Source of the DNA: Escherichia coli
GTDB lineage: Bacteria; Pseudomonadota; Gammaproteobacteria; Enterobacterales; Enterobacteriaceae
Assembly: GCF_030013595.1 (NCBI RefSeq)
Contig: NZ_CP122768.1
DNA length: 64,000 nucleotides
Direction: 5' to 3' (one strand)
Under the pieces are notes generated by a model that did no database searches, was not told the DNA's origin, and worked only from the letters and a program-made list of their open reading frames with translations. Both the position numbers and the translations under genes were made by a program. Below are positions 16,448-32,162 of this stretch, piece after piece. The number at the start of each line of letters is the position of its first letter. The first letter of the stretch is position 1.

Positions 16448-18529
16448 ATGGAAAGCAAACGTCTGGATAATGCCGCGCTGGCGGCGGGGATTAGCCCCAA
16501 TTACATCAATGCCCACGGTAAACCGCAGTCGATTAGCGCCGAAACCAAACGGCGTTTGCTTGACGCGATGCATCAACGTACCGCCACGAAAGTGGCGGTA
16601 ACGCCAGTCCCGAATGTCATGGTTTATACCAGCGGCAAAAAAATGCCGATGGTGGTGGAGGGCAGCGGCGAATATAGCTGGCTGCTGACCACCGAAGAAG
16701 GAACGCAGTACAAAGGCCATGTAACGGGGGGCAAAGCGTTCAATCTACCGACGAAGCTGCCGGAAGGTTATCACACGCTGACAGTCACCCAGGACGACCA
16801 GCGCGCGCATTGCCGGGTGATTGTCGCCCCGAAACGCTGTTACGAACCGCAGGCGTTGCTGAACAAACAAAAGCTGTGGGGTGCCTGCGTTCAGCTTTAT
16901 ACGCTGCGATCGGAAAAAAACTGGGGTATTGGGGATTTTGGCGATCTCAAAGCGATGCTGGTGGATGTGGCAAAACGTGGCGGGTCGTTCATCGGTCTGA
17001 ACCCGATTCATGCCCTCTATCCGGCAAATCCGGAAAGTGCCAGCCCATACAGCCCGTCTTCTCGCCGTTGGCTGAATGTGATTTATATCGACGTTAACGC
17101 CGTCGAAGATTTCCATCTTAGCGAAGAGGCTCAGGCCTGGTGGCAGTTGCCGACCACGCAACAGACGCTGCAACAGGCGCGGGATGCCGACTGGGTCGAT
17201 TACTCCACGGTTACCGCCCTAAAAATGACAGCATTGCGCATGGCGTGGAAAGGTTTCGCGCAACGTGATGATGAACAGGTGGCCGCGTTTCGCCAGTTTG
17301 TTGCCGAGCAAGGCGACAGCCTGTTCTGGCAGGCGGCGTTTGACGCGCTACATGCCCAGCAAGTGAAAGAGGACGAAATGCGCTGGGGCTGGCCTGCATG
17401 GCCAGAGATGTATCAGAACGTGGATTCACCAGAAGTGCGCCAGTTCTGCGAAGAACATCGTGATGACGTCGATTTTTATCTCTGGTTGCAGTGGCTGGCT
17501 TACAGCCAGTTTGCCGACTGCTGGGAGATAAGCCAGGGCTATGAAATGCCGATTGGCTTGTATCGTGACCTGGCCGTTGGTGTAGCAGAGGGTGGAGCAG
17601 AAACCTGGTGCGACCGGGAGTTGTATTGCCTGAAAGCGTCGGTTGGAGCACCGCCGGATATCCTCGGCCCGTTGGGGCAGAACTGGGGATTGCCGCCAAT
17701 GGACCCGCATATTATCACCGCGCGTGCCTATGAACCGTTTATCGAGCTGTTGCGTGCCAATATGCAAAACTGCGGCGCATTACGAATTGACCATGTGATG
17801 TCGATGCTGCGTTTGTGGTGGATACCGTATGGCGAGACGGCAGATCAGGGGGCATATGTTCACTATCCGGTGGATGATCTGCTCTCGATTCTGGCACTCG
17901 AAAGTAAGCGTCATCGCTGTATGGTGATTGGTGAAGATCTCGGTACCGTACCGGTAGAGATTGTCGGTAAGCTGCGCAGCAGCGGTGTGTACTCCTACAA
18001 AGTGCTCTATTTCGAAAACGACCACGAGAAGACATTCCGCTCACCGAAAGCGTACCCAGAGCAGTCGATGGCGGTTGCGGCGACACACGACCTGCCTACG
18101 CTACGCGGTTACTGGGAGAGCGGGGATCTAACGCTGGGCAAAACTCTGGGCCTGTATCCGGATGAAGTGGTACTGCGCGGTCTGTATCAGGATCGCGAAC
18201 TGGCGAAGCAAGGGCTGCTGGATGCACTGCATAAATATGGTTGTCTGCCAAAACGTGCCGGGCATAAGGCATCGTTGATGTCGATGACGCCGACGCTGAA
18301 CCGTGGTTTGCAGCGCTACATTGCCGACAGTAACAGTGCTCTGTTAGGACTACAGCCGGAAGACTGGCTGGATATGGCCGAACCGGTGAATATTCCTGGC
18401 ACCAGTTACCAGTATAAAAACTGGCGACGCAAGCTTTCCGCAACGCTTGAGGTGATGTTTGCCGATGATGGCGTGAACAAGTTGCTGAAGGATTTGGACA
18501 GACGGCGCAGAGCGGCAGCGAAGAAGTAG
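16448..18529 (+). CDS. malQ: 4-alpha-glucanotransferase (amylomaltase)
   Basis: 693-aa ORF recognised as MalQ, immediately downstream of malP. Confidence 0.95.
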   Translation: MESKRLDNAALAAGISPNYINAHGKPQSISAETKRRLLDAMHQRTATKVAVTPVPNVMVYTSGKKMPMVVEGSGEYSWLLTTEEGTQYKGHVTGGKAFNLPTKLPEGYHTLTVTQDDQRAHCRVIVAPKRCYEPQALLNKQKLWGACVQLYTLRSEKNWGIGDFGDLKAMLVDVAKRGGSFIGLNPIHALYPANPESASPYSPSSRRWLNVIYIDVNAVEDFHLSEEAQAWWQLPTTQQTLQQARDADWVDYSTVTALKMTALRMAWKGFAQRDDEQVAAFRQFVAEQGDSLFWQAAFDALHAQQVKEDEMRWGWPAWPEMYQNVDSPEVRQFCEEHRDDVDFYLWLQWLAYSQFADCWEISQGYEMPIGLYRDLAVGVAEGGAETWCDRELYCLKASVGAPPDILGPLGQNWGLPPMDPHIITARAYEPFIELLRANMQNCGALRIDHVMSMLRLWWIPYGETADQGAYVHYPVDDLLSILALESKRHRCMVIGEDLGTVPVEIVGKLRSSGVYSYKVLYFENDHEKTFRSPKAYPEQSMAVAATHDLPTLRGYWESGDLTLGKTLGLYPDEVVLRGLYQDRELAKQGLLDALHKYGCLPKRAGHKASLMSMTPTLNRGLQRYIADSNSALLGLQPEDWLDMAEPVNIPGTSYQYKNWRRKLSATLEVMFADDGVNKLLKDLDRRRRAAAKK

Positions 18530-18544
18530 TAGGGTGCGGTTGAT

Positions 18545-18565
18545 GCCGGATGCGATGCATCCGGC
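18545..18565. repeat. REP-like hairpin between convergent malQ and gntT
   Basis: Palindrome gccggatgcGATgcatccggc in the 47-bp convergent gap; no T-run, so not asserted as an intrinsic terminator. Confidence 0.4.
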
Positions 18566-18576
18566 AGTCAGTGTTA

Positions 18577-19893
18577 TCAAATCACCATATTCAGCAGCAG
18601 ACAGCCTACCAGACCGCACACCGAGATAATGGTTTCCAGCATCGACCAGGATTTGATGGTCTCGCCGATAGTCAGGTTAAAGTACTCTTTGAACAGCCAG
18701 AAGCCCGGATCGTTCACGTGAGAGAAAATCACACTACCGGAACCAACCGCAATAACCATCAGCTCCGGGCTAACACCCGTCGTTGCAATCAGCGGTGCCG
18801 CGATACCACCCGCAGTGATTGCCGCAACGGTTGCGGAACCCAGCGCGATACGCAGTACGGCAGCAATCGACCAGGCCATCAGCAGCGGAGAAATGTTGGT
18901 TTCGTGCATCATGGAAGCAATGTATTTGTCCACGCCGCTGTCTACCAGCACCTGCTTGAACGCACCGCCACCACCGATAATCAACAGCATCATCGCAATG
19001 ATTTTGATGGAAGAAACCAGCGTGTCGTTAATCTGATCCATTGAACGACCACGGTTCAGACCAAAGGTGAACATCGCAATCAGTACGGCAATCAGCGTAG
19101 CCATTACTGGGTCACCGAGGAACTCCGCTACCGGCAGGAAAGCGTGACCTTTCGGCAGGATCATTTCGGCAATCGCACGCATCGCCATCAGTACAACCGG
19201 CACCAGAGAGGTCCAGACGCTGACGCCAAAACTCGGCATCTCTTCTTCGCTGAAGGTTTTCGCGCTGTACAGACCTTCCGGGATCGGCTTATCGATACCT
19301 TTCAGCACGCGAGCGTAAACCGGACCGGCGAGAATCACGGTTGGGATTGCCAGAATAGTACCGTACAGCAGAGTTTTACCCATATCGGCATTGAAAATGG
19401 TGGCAATCGCAGTCGGACCCGGATGCGGTGGCAGGAAGCCGTGGGTCACAGACAGTGCAGCCGCCATTGGTACACCAACATACAGCAGTGGAATATTCGC
19501 GGAAGCCGCGATGGTAAACACCAGCGGCAGCATCAGCACAAAGCCCACTTCATAGAACAGGGCAAAACCAACGGTAAAACCAGTCAGTACCACCGCCCAC
19601 TGGATGTGTTTTTTACCAAATTTAGCAATCAGCGTGGTGGCGATACGTTGTGCGCCACCGCAGTCTGCCAGCATTTTGCCCAGCATTGCGCCAAAACCCA
19701 TGATCAGGGCAAGGCTACCGAGCGTTCCGCCGACACCGGCTTTGATGGAGCCAATAACTTTATCCAGCGGCATTCCTTGCATTAATCCAACAGCAAGCGC
19801 CACGAGGACGAGAGCGATGAAGCCGTTCATTTTGAAACGGATCATCAGGAGCAACAACAAGATTACACCGATAGCAACAATGACTAATGGCAT
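18577..19893 (-). CDS. gntT: high-affinity gluconate transporter
   Basis: 438-aa highly hydrophobic ORF recognised as GntT. Confidence 0.95.
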   Translation of the reverse strand: MPLVIVAIGVILLLLLMIRFKMNGFIALVLVALAVGLMQGMPLDKVIGSIKAGVGGTLGSLALIMGFGAMLGKMLADCGGAQRIATTLIAKFGKKHIQWAVVLTGFTVGFALFYEVGFVLMLPLVFTIAASANIPLLYVGVPMAAALSVTHGFLPPHPGPTAIATIFNADMGKTLLYGTILAIPTVILAGPVYARVLKGIDKPIPEGLYSAKTFSEEEMPSFGVSVWTSLVPVVLMAMRAIAEMILPKGHAFLPVAEFLGDPVMATLIAVLIAMFTFGLNRGRSMDQINDTLVSSIKIIAMMLLIIGGGGAFKQVLVDSGVDKYIASMMHETNISPLLMAWSIAAVLRIALGSATVAAITAGGIAAPLIATTGVSPELMVIAVGSGSVIFSHVNDPGFWLFKEYFNLTIGETIKSWSMLETIISVCGLVGCLLLNMVI

Positions 19894-20047
19894 GATTTAC
19901 CTGGCCTTTCATTTGTTATGGGTAACGTCAATTTTCTGACGACAAACTCTAATTATCCCAATCGGGAACAGAGATATTGCGGCACCACGACTGATACCCA
20001 CTAAAACTAATTATTGTAGTCAGATGTCAGGAGTATGTTTGGTACCC

Positions 20048-20069
20048 ATGTGAATGATACGGGTAACAT
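20048..20069. promoter_or_regulatory. candidate GntR operator upstream of gntT
   Basis: The sequence atgtgaatgatacgggtaacat (reverse complement ATGTTACCCGTATCATTCACAT) has the ATGTTAC/GTAACAT half-sites of GntR operators, about 150 bp upstream of gntT. Confidence 0.55.
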
Positions 20070-20197
20070 CTGGCGTTTGAGAATCACCAGAGCGGGGTAA
20101 ATTTAAATTATGAGAGGTTGGTCATATTATCGCGGGGAAACGAAGGGAGGGATTTGCCAAAGCAATGCTGCGCCAACGTCTGGCACATGTTCAACGT

Positions 20198-20247
<50 letters not shown>

Positions 20248-20252
20248 ATAAC

Positions 20253-20828
20253 TTAGTAGTAGGAGTGTTCGCCGCGCTGGTGTTCGGTGAGATCGCGCAC
20301 ACCTTTCAGCTCCGGGAATTCGTTTAGCAGCTGCTTCTCGATCCCTTCTTTCAGCGTCACATCGACCATGGAACAACCGTTACAGCCACCGCCAAATTGC
20401 AGAATGGCGTAACCGTCTTCGGTGATTTCCATCAGCGAAACGCGACCACCGTGACCAGCAAGCTGTGGGTTGATCTGCGACTGCAGCATATACTCCACGC
20501 GCTCCATCAGCGGTGCATCGTCTGCGACTTTACGCATTTTGGCGTTAGGCGCTTTCAGCGTTAGCTGAGAACCCAACTGGTCGGTAACAAAATCGATCTC
20601 TGCATCTTCCAGGTAAGGAGCGCTTAACTCATCAACATACGCGGTCAGCAGGTCAAATTTCAGGGCAGTGTCGGTGGCTTCCACAGCATCCGGCGGACAA
20701 TAAGAAACGCCACATTCAGCGTTAGGCGTGCCAGGGTAAATCACAAATACGCGGATTTGTGTCCCTTCTTCCTGATTTGCCAGCAGTTTGGCAAAGTGCG
20801 CTTGTGCAGCATCGGAAATACGGATCAT
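20253..20828 (-). CDS. nfuA: Fe-S cluster carrier protein NfuA
   Basis: 191-aa ORF recognised as NfuA (GntY/YhgI). Confidence 0.93.
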   Translation of the reverse strand: MIRISDAAQAHFAKLLANQEEGTQIRVFVIYPGTPNAECGVSYCPPDAVEATDTALKFDLLTAYVDELSAPYLEDAEIDFVTDQLGSQLTLKAPNAKMRKVADDAPLMERVEYMLQSQINPQLAGHGGRVSLMEITEDGYAILQFGGGCNGCSMVDVTLKEGIEKQLLNEFPELKGVRDLTEHQRGEHSYY

Positions 20829-20886
20829 AGTAATGGCCTAATAGTTGACTATTTTAGTTGGTTATAATACGCCCATCATCGAGGCT

Positions 20887-22378
<1,492 letters not shown>

Positions 22379-22405
22379 GTGGCTTTTGAAATGGCGAGAC
22401 AGAAC

Positions 22406-22579
22406 TTTACTGACTCGCCGCAGCCAACTCTTCTTCTGACACCCCGGTAAAACGCATGATGTCCGCAAGAGGGACTCCGGATTACAGCATTCTTTTGGCG
22501 ATATCCGGGGCTTCCAGGCGTCGATCCAATAAATAACCAATCAGGTAACTAATAAGATATTCTCTTTCTGCATCTGTCA
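22406..22579 (-). pseudogene. Rpn C-terminal-domain-like small ORF interrupted by an in-frame TAA
   Basis: Minus-strand frame reads MTDAEREYLISYLIGYLLDRRLEAPDIAKRML*SGVPLADIMRFTGVSEEELAAASQ*; this parallels the last ~54 aa of the adjacent RpnA (MTIAERL…[32 protein letters not shown]). Coordinates approximate. Confidence 0.5.
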
Positions 22580-22597
22580 TTAAAACCATCCTTTACG

Positions 22598-23491
22598 TTA
22601 TTGATGATTTATTTCAGCAAGGTCTTCAACCGTCAGGCTGGTAAATCGCAGAACGTCCTCAAGAGAGACTCCGGCATCCAGCATGGTTTTGGCAATATTT
22701 AGGGCGTTGGTACGTATACCTTTCTGAAACCCCTCTTGCCGCAATCTTTCCGCAATAGTCATTAAACTCTCCTTGTGTTTCGGTGAACGTTCGGCAACAC
22801 CGTCGATAAAATCGTTAAAACGTACCGCATCGCCAGTTTGCAGTATGTAATTAAACAGCCCTTTGATTTGTCTGTCATTAGCGTATCCACTACTTAATAA
22901 GCAGGCCATTTGCTCTACCAGCCCCATCAGGTCGCGTTGACGAATATGTTTTTGAATTAACTCCAGCAGCGCCATACGTCGGTGCTGCATGATTTCATCA
23001 TCAGGCATGACGGTGACATCAATCAGCGGAAATGCAGAGGCATAAAGCTGCCTTGCCAGGTTGGGATCGGCGAAACAATCAAGCCAACACAGCGAATAGG
23101 GATAGGGGCTTTCAATACCGTGGTAAAACAACAATGGCACCACCATCGGCAACGTTTTGTATCCGGCATCAAGGTGATTTTGCATTGCGGCAATGGCGTA
23201 ACGCATCATGCGAAATGCGATCAGTTTGTTTGAGGTGCTTTGATGTTCAATCAGACAATAGATATATCCTGGTCCTTGTTCCGTTTTCACCGACCACAGC
23301 ACGTCGGAATAGCTTTCACGCAGATCGTCATCAATAAAGCTGCTCGACTCCAGCTTGAGGGTTTTCATATCACAGAGCGCGTGAATGGGTGCCGGTAAAT
23401 GAAACGCAAGAAAATCGCGTGCCGTCTCCGGTTGGCGTAAAAAGAGTTTGAACAGCGCATCGTGTGGGGTGGAACTCTGCTTTTTGCTCAT
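22598..23491 (-). CDS. rpnA: Rpn-family (YhgA-like) recombination-promoting nuclease
   Basis: 297-aa ORF recognised as YhgA/RpnA. Confidence 0.9.
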   Translation of the reverse strand: MSKKQSSTPHDALFKLFLRQPETARDFLAFHLPAPIHALCDMKTLKLESSSFIDDDLRESYSDVLWSVKTEQGPGYIYCLIEHQSTSNKLIAFRMMRYAIAAMQNHLDAGYKTLPMVVPLLFYHGIESPYPYSLCWLDCFADPNLARQLYASAFPLIDVTVMPDDEIMQHRRMALLELIQKHIRQRDLMGLVEQMACLLSSGYANDRQIKGLFNYILQTGDAVRFNDFIDGVAERSPKHKESLMTIAERLRQEGFQKGIRTNALNIAKTMLDAGVSLEDVLRFTSLTVEDLAEINHQ

Positions 23492-23693
23492 GGCGTTCCT
23501 TCACCTGTTGTTTGAATGCCGCGACTCTACGCGCCACTCCACACCTGTGCATTAGCCAGTTTTCATCCCTGCGAGACGCTTTCAGAGGAACTTACGTCGC
23601 GCTGCAAGAATTGCATTTTTATGGAAAGCCGCACGCAAAAAAGCCCGGATGCAAACGCATACCGGGCTTTTCAAAACAGGCGATGGAGTATGG

Positions 23694-23930
23694 TTAACGC
23701 AGCGCCCACCACTCGCGCAGACAGACTTTGCCTTCCGGGCAGCTTTTACAACTGCCAGAGAGGCAGCCGTCAGGTTCTTCCTGAATCCGCACGGCTTTGC
23801 CCATGCTTTCCAGCTGTTGCAGCATGGCGTTAATCATTGGCTGCGGCGTGTTCAATGTCTGGCTTATCTGGGCCGCTTCCATACGGCCCCGTAACGCCAG
23901 CAAATCACGTACCTGAATAAGTGAAGCCAT
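23694..23930 (-). CDS. feoC: ferrous iron transport protein FeoC
   Basis: ORF track 23694..23939; start at [10 protein letters not shown] gives 78 aa; Cys cluster near the C-terminus; start overlaps the feoB stop. Confidence 0.9.
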   Translation of the reverse strand: MASLIQVRDLLALRGRMEAAQISQTLNTPQPMINAMLQQLESMGKAVRIQEEPDGCLSGSCKSCPEGKVCLREWWALR

Positions 23931-26251
23931 TAATGGCAATCACCGGTGGTGCTGGCTGCGCAGCAACTGCTTACCGATTTGCGCGTTGCCAGCAGTTCGA
24001 TATTCACCCGGCTACGCGCGCGGCGCAGCAGACCGATAACCACGATGTTAAACAGGATAACCGCCAGAATGCACACCAGGCTGTAAGTTGGATGCTGGCT
24101 GTAGCTGGCGACTTGATAGAACAATGTTGCCAGCGAGTAAGCGATATTCAGCCCCCACAGGATGGAGAAGCCCATCCAGCCACGGCTTGATTCACGGGCG
24201 ATAGCACCCATCACCGAGATGCACGGTACGTACAGCAGGACGAAAATCAGGTAGCTGTATGCGGCAGCTGCGCTACCGAATTTCTGATCCATCACACCCA
24301 TCGCCCCGGTACCCATTTCGCCGTCGCCTTTGCTCGCTTCAATCGGGTTCATCAGTACGCTAAGGCTGAAGGTGTCTTTCAGGCTCTGCCAGGTTTCATC
24401 TACCGCACTGAACAGCTCTTCACCGAGGTTAAATTCCGCCGGATTGAACTCTTCGTCCTGAATATTTTCTGCGGTGTAGAGGGTGTTGAGCGTACCCACC
24501 ACCACTTCTTTCGCCATGGCACCTGTAAACAGGCCAACCGTTGCCTGCCAGTTATCTTCATGCACGCCAATCGGCTTGAAGACCGGGGTGATCACCCGGC
24601 TGACGGACGCCAGTGCCGAGTCGTTGATGTTATCGACGATTTTCCCGCTCAGAGAGAAGCTGTTGAAAGCGCTCAGGAAAATGCTGACGATGATGATCAC
24701 TTTACCAGCACGCAGAACGAAGCCTTTCAGACGCTGCCAGGTCTGGATAATCAGGCTTTTAACGTGTGGTACATGATAGACCGGCAGCTCCATGACAAAC
24801 GGCGTCGCTTCACCGCGCATGATGGTGTACTTGAGCATCAGGCCAGTCAGCACCGCCATCACAATACCGAGCATATACAGCGAGAAGACCGCCAGCGCAC
24901 CGTTCTGCCCGAAGAAAGCAGCCGCAAATACTGCGAAGATAGCCAGACGCGCGCCGCAGGACATAAACGGTGCCATCATGATGGTCATCAGACGTTCACG
25001 CGGTGCATCAAGCGTACGTGCGCCCATTACCGACGGTACGTTACAACCGAAACCAACGATCAGCGGTACAAAGGATTTCCCCGGCAAGCCCAGCGCCTGC
25101 ATCAGACGGTCCATCACAAACGCCGCACGCGCCATATAGCCGGAGTCCTCGAGGAAGGAGAGGAACAGGTACATCATGCCGATCTGCGGCACCAGTGGCA
25201 GCACGGTGTTAATACCGCCACCCAGGCCCTGGGCGAGGAAGATAGTCAGCCAGTCCGGGAAGTGGAGCGTGTAGCCAATCCACTGAATACCATGCACAAA
25301 CAGCGCCACGGAACCGACATCAAACAGCGGCTGTAACGCCCCGCCGATGTTGATAGCCAGCAGGAACATCAGGTACATCACAAAGAGGAAAATCGGCAGA
25401 CCGAGGAAACGGTTGAGCACGATTTTATCTACCGCAGTGGTGAAACGGCTGGGTTCTGCCGTCAGGGTGTTGCTTACCACATCACAGATGGCAGCAATGC
25501 ACTGGTAACGCGCATCGGCAATGTGCAGCGCCGGATCATCCATCTCATTACGCAGACGGGCGAGGGCGGCATCAAGATGCTGCGACGCTTCACCGGCGTA
25601 GGCGCGGCTGTAGATATCGCCTTCCAGCATTTGCAAGCCCAGCCAGCGACGTTGTTTCAGCGGGATGTCGGAAGGCATCACTTTTGCCAGTGAATCTGCT
25701 TCGTTGAGCAGCGGCTGTGCGTAATGCACCAGTTCCACATTCTCGTTAGCTTTATAGCGATCAATCGCCAGCTTGAGCGCTTCAATACCGCGACCACGGG
25801 TTGAAACCAGCGGGATCACCGGGTAGCCAAGACGCGCCGACAGAGCATCAATTTCAATACGAATATTTTGCTTCTCGGCAATGTCGAGCATGTTCAGTGC
25901 CACGATGCAGGGAATGCCGAGTTCCAGCAGTTGCAGCGTCAGGTACAGGTTACGCTCAAGGTTAGACGCATCCACCACGTTAATCAGCAGGTCGGCGTCG
26001 CCACTCAGAATATAGTGACAGGCGATTTGCTCATCGAGCGAGGTCTGCGATGAGATGGTGGTCAGAGAATAGGTGCCGGGCAGGTCCACCAGCGTGACCT
26101 GATGATCGGTGGTGGAGAATTGCCCTTCTTTACGTTCGACGGTAACGCCAGCCCAGTTACCTACACGCTGACGTGCGCCAGTGAGCTGGTTAAATAAGGT
26201 TGTCTTGCCAGAATTTGGATTACCAATTAAGCCAATGGTTAATTTTTTCAT
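23930..26251 (-). CDS. feoB: ferrous iron transporter FeoB (GTPase plus permease)
   Basis: ORF track 23930..26263; start at [18 protein letters not shown] (G1 motif) gives 773 aa. Confidence 0.95.
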   Translation of the reverse strand: MKKLTIGLIGNPNSGKTTLFNQLTGARQRVGNWAGVTVERKEGQFSTTDHQVTLVDLPGTYSLTTISSQTSLDEQIACHYILSGDADLLINVVDASNLERNLYLTLQLLELGIPCIVALNMLDIAEKQNIRIEIDALSARLGYPVIPLVSTRGRGIEALKLAIDRYKANENVELVHYAQPLLNEADSLAKVMPSDIPLKQRRWLGLQMLEGDIYSRAYAGEASQHLDAALARLRNEMDDPALHIADARYQCIAAICDVVSNTLTAEPSRFTTAVDKIVLNRFLGLPIFLFVMYLMFLLAINIGGALQPLFDVGSVALFVHGIQWIGYTLHFPDWLTIFLAQGLGGGINTVLPLVPQIGMMYLFLSFLEDSGYMARAAFVMDRLMQALGLPGKSFVPLIVGFGCNVPSVMGARTLDAPRERLMTIMMAPFMSCGARLAIFAVFAAAFFGQNGALAVFSLYMLGIVMAVLTGLMLKYTIMRGEATPFVMELPVYHVPHVKSLIIQTWQRLKGFVLRAGKVIIIVSIFLSAFNSFSLSGKIVDNINDSALASVSRVITPVFKPIGVHEDNWQATVGLFTGAMAKEVVVGTLNTLYTAENIQDEEFNPAEFNLGEELFSAVDETWQSLKDTFSLSVLMNPIEASKGDGEMGTGAMGVMDQKFGSAAAAYSYLIFVLLYVPCISVMGAIARESSRGWMGFSILWGLNIAYSLATLFYQVASYSQHPTYSLVCILAVILFNIVVIGLLRRARSRVNIELLATRKSVSSCCAASTTGDCH

Positions 26252-26267
26252 TGTTGTTATCACCGTA

Positions 26268-26495
26268 TTAACAGGAAACCGCTTCCACTTCTAATAAGGC
26301 CAGATCTTTTTTGCGTAATACCAGGCTCACTCGACGGGTTTCGATATGAATGGGGTCGCCAAGTGGAGCGACGCGCACCACATTAAAAGAGGAGCCAGGT
26401 AACATGCCAAGAGAAAGCAGTTTTTGGCGATATGCCGGGCTGATTTCACGGGAAAAGCCAGTGATTTTCCACGCAGTATCTGGAGTGTATTGCAT
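26268..26495 (-). CDS. feoA: ferrous iron transport protein FeoA
   Basis: 75-aa ORF recognised as FeoA. Confidence 0.93.
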   Translation of the reverse strand: MQYTPDTAWKITGFSREISPAYRQKLLSLGMLPGSSFNVVRVAPLGDPIHIETRRVSLVLRKKDLALLEVEAVSC

Positions 26496-26603
26496 AGGTG
26501 CCTACTTGTTTCTCATTAACTGGATAACTACCTCATGGGGCGTTTGACAGCGACATGAGACCAGATGATTTGCCAACGAAGGAGAGATTAAATAATCAAC
26601 AAC

Positions 26604-26622
26604 ACAATGATAATGAGAATGG
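26604..26622. promoter_or_regulatory. candidate Fur box upstream of feoABC
   Basis: aatgataatgagaat resembles the GATAATGATAATCATTATC Fur consensus about 110 bp upstream of feoA; a TTGAT-N4-CTCAA FNR-like site lies near 26685..26698. Confidence 0.35.
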
Positions 26623-26934
26623 TTTCTATCAGCAATACTTAAAATGTGTGCGAATGTTGGTTTGAATAATAATCTGACTCAATGTTGATGTGGCTCAAGG
26701 TTATATCGCAGCGAAAATATAATTCGAATAGCGAATTACCAGGACTGGTTAATGTTTAATTAAGGTTTCATTTGTTAATGAAGTGATAAATATTAACGGA
26801 ATATATTGTGAGTTTGGCTGTGGAATAAAAAGGCCGGAGATATTCTCCGGCACTTTTATGTCAGGCAAGGCGTTCGTTGCCAGATGCGGCGTGAACGCTT
26901 TATCTGGCAGGTTTACGTTTGTCTATCAGGGCGT

Positions 26935-29256
26935 TTAACGTTTTTTGCCCATTGCCGCCGCCAGCGCATCCATCATCGCGCTGTTACCGGCAGGCTGCGC
27001 TTCACGCCCACGCGGTTTGGCTGCCGGGCGGTTGTTTTGCGGGCGTTCATTACCGCCGCCGCGACGGGCGTTGGTTTCGCCAGGCTGCTCGTCCAGACGC
27101 ATAGTCAGGGCGATACGTTTACGCTGAAGATCCACTTCCAGCACTTTCACCTTCACAATGTCGCCCGCTTTCACCACGGTATGCGGATCTTCCACAAACT
27201 TATTCGACAATGAAGAGATGTGAACCAGGCCGTCCTGATGCACGCCAATATCGACAAACGCGCCAAAGTTGGTGACGTTGGTCACCGCGCCTTCGAGGAT
27301 CATACCCGGTTGCAGGTCGTTCATTGTCTCGACGCCATCAGCAAACTGAGCGGTTTTAAATTCCGGACGCGGATCGCGACCCGGTTTTTCCAGCTCTTTG
27401 ATGATGTCGGTTACCGTCGGCACACCGAATTTCTCATCAGTAAAGTCAGACGCTTTCAGGTTACGCAGCTCGCTGCTGTTACCCATCAGATCTTTCAGTG
27501 CCTGCTGTGTTGCTGCCAGAATGCGTTCCACCACTGGATAGGCTTCCGGGTGAACGGTAGAGGCATCCAGCGGGTTATCGCCGTGGTTAATCCGCAGGAA
27601 GCCCGCGCACTGCTCGAAGGCTTTCGGCCCCAGACGGCTCACTTTCAGCAGTTGCTGACGGTTCTGGAACTGACCGTTCTCATCGCGCCAGGCCACGATG
27701 TTTTGCGCCATCATGCGCGTCAGGCCCGCCACGCGAGTTAACAGCGGAACAGAAGCGGTGTTGAGATCAACACCAACGGCGTTTACGCAGTCTTCTACTA
27801 CTGCATCCAGTTTGCGGGCCAGCTGCGTCTGGCTGACGTCATGCTGATACTGACCTACGCCGATAGATTTCGGATCGATTTTCACCAGCTCCGCCAGCGG
27901 ATCCTGCAAACGACGGGCGATAGACACCGCGCCACGCAGCGAAACATCGAGATCCGGGAACTCCTGCGCTGCCAGCTCGGAAGCCGAGTAAACCGACGCG
28001 CCTGCTTCGCTGACGATCACTTTCTGCGCGGTCACTTTCGGGAACTGCTTCTGCACGTCGAGATAGAAACGCTCGGTTTCGCGGGAAGCTGTACCGTTGC
28101 CGATCGCCACCAGTTCAACGTTATGCTTTTCACACAGGGCAGCAACGGTCATCGCTGCTTTTGCGGCTTGTCCGGTATGTGGATAAATGGTATCGGTCGC
28201 CACCAGTTTGCCAGTTGCATCGACCACCGCTACTTTTACCCCGGTACGCAGACCCGGATCGAGGCCCATCGTTGCACGCAGTCCGGCTGGGGCCGCCATC
28301 AGCAGATCGTGCAGGTTACGGGCAAAGACGTTGATTGCTTCATCTTCCGCGCGTTCGCGCACGGTGCCCATCAGTTCGGTTTCCAGATGCATCAGCACCT
28401 TGATGCGCCACGTCCAGCTCACCACGCCTTTGCGCCAGCTATCCGCCGGGGCATTGTTCAGGCGCAGGCCGAGATGATCCATAATGATTTGCTCGCAATA
28501 GCTCTCTTTTGGCGGCTCATCGAACTGCGGATCGGCATTCAGCGAAAGTTGGAGTACGCCTTCGTTACGCCCACGGAACATCGCCAGCGCGCGGTGAGAA
28601 GGCACCGTTGACAGCGGTTCGTGATGATCGAAATAGTCGCGGAATTTCGCCCCTTCCTCTTCTTTACCACTCACCACCGTAGAAACCAAATGCGCGTTCT
28701 TCCACAGATAATCACGCACTTTCGCCAGCAGCGCGGCATCTTCGGCAAACCGTTCCATCAGGATATAGCGCGCGCCGTCCAGCGCGGCTTTGGTATCTGC
28801 CACGCCTTTATCGGCATCAACATATTGTGCAGCGGCGACTTCTGGCGTGTGTGATGGAGAGCTCCACAGCAGGTCAGCCAACGGCTCAAGCCCTGCTTCA
28901 ATGGCGATTTGCCCGCGGGTGCGGCGTTTAGGTTTGTAGGGCAGGTAGAGGTCTTCGAGTTCGGTTTTGCTTAGTGTGGCGTTGATGGCATTCGCCAGCT
29001 CGTCAGTGAGTTTGCCTTGCTCGGAAATGGACTTGAGGATCGCCTGACGTCTCTCTTCCAGCTCGCGCAGATAGCTCAGACGCGTTTCCAGATTACGCAG
29101 CTGCGTGTCATCCAGACCGCCGGTGATTTCCTTACGATAACGTGCGATAAACGGCACGGTATTCCCTTCGTCAAGCAGGCGAACGGCAGCGTCAACCTGT
29201 TCCGGGCGCGCCTGAATTTCACCCGCAATAATGCGGCAGAACGAATCATTCATCAT
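26935..29256 (-). CDS. yhgF: Tex-like transcription accessory protein (S1 domain)
   Basis: 773-aa ORF recognised as YhgF/Tex; basic Arg/Gly-rich C-terminal tail. Confidence 0.93.
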   Translation of the reverse strand: MMNDSFCRIIAGEIQARPEQVDAAVRLLDEGNTVPFIARYRKEITGGLDDTQLRNLETRLSYLRELEERRQAILKSISEQGKLTDELANAINATLSKTELEDLYLPYKPKRRTRGQIAIEAGLEPLADLLWSSPSHTPEVAAAQYVDADKGVADTKAALDGARYILMERFAEDAALLAKVRDYLWKNAHLVSTVVSGKEEEGAKFRDYFDHHEPLSTVPSHRALAMFRGRNEGVLQLSLNADPQFDEPPKESYCEQIIMDHLGLRLNNAPADSWRKGVVSWTWRIKVLMHLETELMGTVRERAEDEAINVFARNLHDLLMAAPAGLRATMGLDPGLRTGVKVAVVDATGKLVATDTIYPHTGQAAKAAMTVAALCEKHNVELVAIGNGTASRETERFYLDVQKQFPKVTAQKVIVSEAGASVYSASELAAQEFPDLDVSLRGAVSIARRLQDPLAELVKIDPKSIGVGQYQHDVSQTQLARKLDAVVEDCVNAVGVDLNTASVPLLTRVAGLTRMMAQNIVAWRDENGQFQNRQQLLKVSRLGPKAFEQCAGFLRINHGDNPLDASTVHPEAYPVVERILAATQQALKDLMGNSSELRNLKASDFTDEKFGVPTVTDIIKELEKPGRDPRPEFKTAQFADGVETMNDLQPGMILEGAVTNVTNFGAFVDIGVHQDGLVHISSLSNKFVEDPHTVVKAGDIVKVKVLEVDLQRKRIALTMRLDEQPGETNARRGGGNERPQNNRPAAKPRGREAQPAGNSAMMDALAAAMGKKR

Positions 29257-29352
29257 GGTTTGAGTTCATCTTTTCGGATCAAAAATCAGGGGATAGTTAT
29301 ACGGACTGGCTGGCAAAAATGCCAGCCATCGGCAGGAGGTTAAGACTCTTCC

Positions 29353-29829
29353 TTACGGTTTCACGTACTCGATAGCATTAACATACCAGCTCGCTTCCCC
29401 GGCAGGGGTATTCACCACCGCCAAATCGCCCACCTCTTTTTTCAACAATGCGCGAGCCATCGGGGAATCGATAGAGATGTAATCTTTACGACCAAAAATT
29501 TCATCGTAGCCGACAATACGGAAACGGTGAGTCACGCCATCGTCGTTTTCAATCTCCACCCACGCACCAAAAAAGACTTTGCCTTCCTGCTGCGGGGAGT
29601 AATCGACGATTTTGAGATTTTCCATGCATTTAGTGAGATAGCGCACGCGACGGTCGATTTCACGCAGGCGCTTTTTATTATACTGATAGTCAGCATTTTC
29701 GCTGCGGTCGCCCAGACTTGCGGCCCAGGTCACCTTTTTTGTGACCTCCGGGCGTTCTTCACGCCAGAGATAATTAAGCTCTTGTTTGAGTTTTTCATAC
29801 CCTTCCCGGGTAACCAGGGGCGTTTTCAT
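29353..29829 (-). CDS. greB: transcription elongation factor GreB
   Basis: ORF track 29353..29865; start at MKTPLVTREGYEKL gives 158 aa. Confidence 0.93.
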   Translation of the reverse strand: MKTPLVTREGYEKLKQELNYLWREERPEVTKKVTWAASLGDRSENADYQYNKKRLREIDRRVRYLTKCMENLKIVDYSPQQEGKVFFGAWVEIENDDGVTHRFRIVGYDEIFGRKDYISIDSPMARALLKKEVGDLAVVNTPAGEASWYVNAIEYVKP

Positions 29830-30056
29830 CTCGTTGATTCCCTTTGTCTGTTTGATAATGCGCACATTGGGTATAACGTGATCATATCAACAGAATCAAT
29901 AATGTTTCGCCGAATAAATTGTATACTTAAGCTGCTGTTTAATATGCTTTGTAACAATTTAGGCTGAAATTCATACCAGATTTAGCTGGTGACGAACGTG
30001 AGCTTTTTTAAGAATACACGCTTACAAATTGTTGCGAACCTTTGGGAGTACAAACA

Positions 30057-32125
<2,069 letters not shown>

Positions 32126-32134
32126 AATAAATAT

Positions 32135-32158
32135 CCTCCGGCATAGCCGGAGGTTTTT
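32135..32158 (+). terminator. intrinsic terminator after envZ (probably bidirectional, shared with pck)
   Basis: Hairpin cctccggc-ata-gccggagg followed by TTTTT directly after the envZ stop. Confidence 0.6.
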
Positions 32159-32162
32159 CAAA

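Noticed and set aside
27841..28611. 256-aa ORF on the + strand
   Set aside because: Antisense to yhgF; no independent support.
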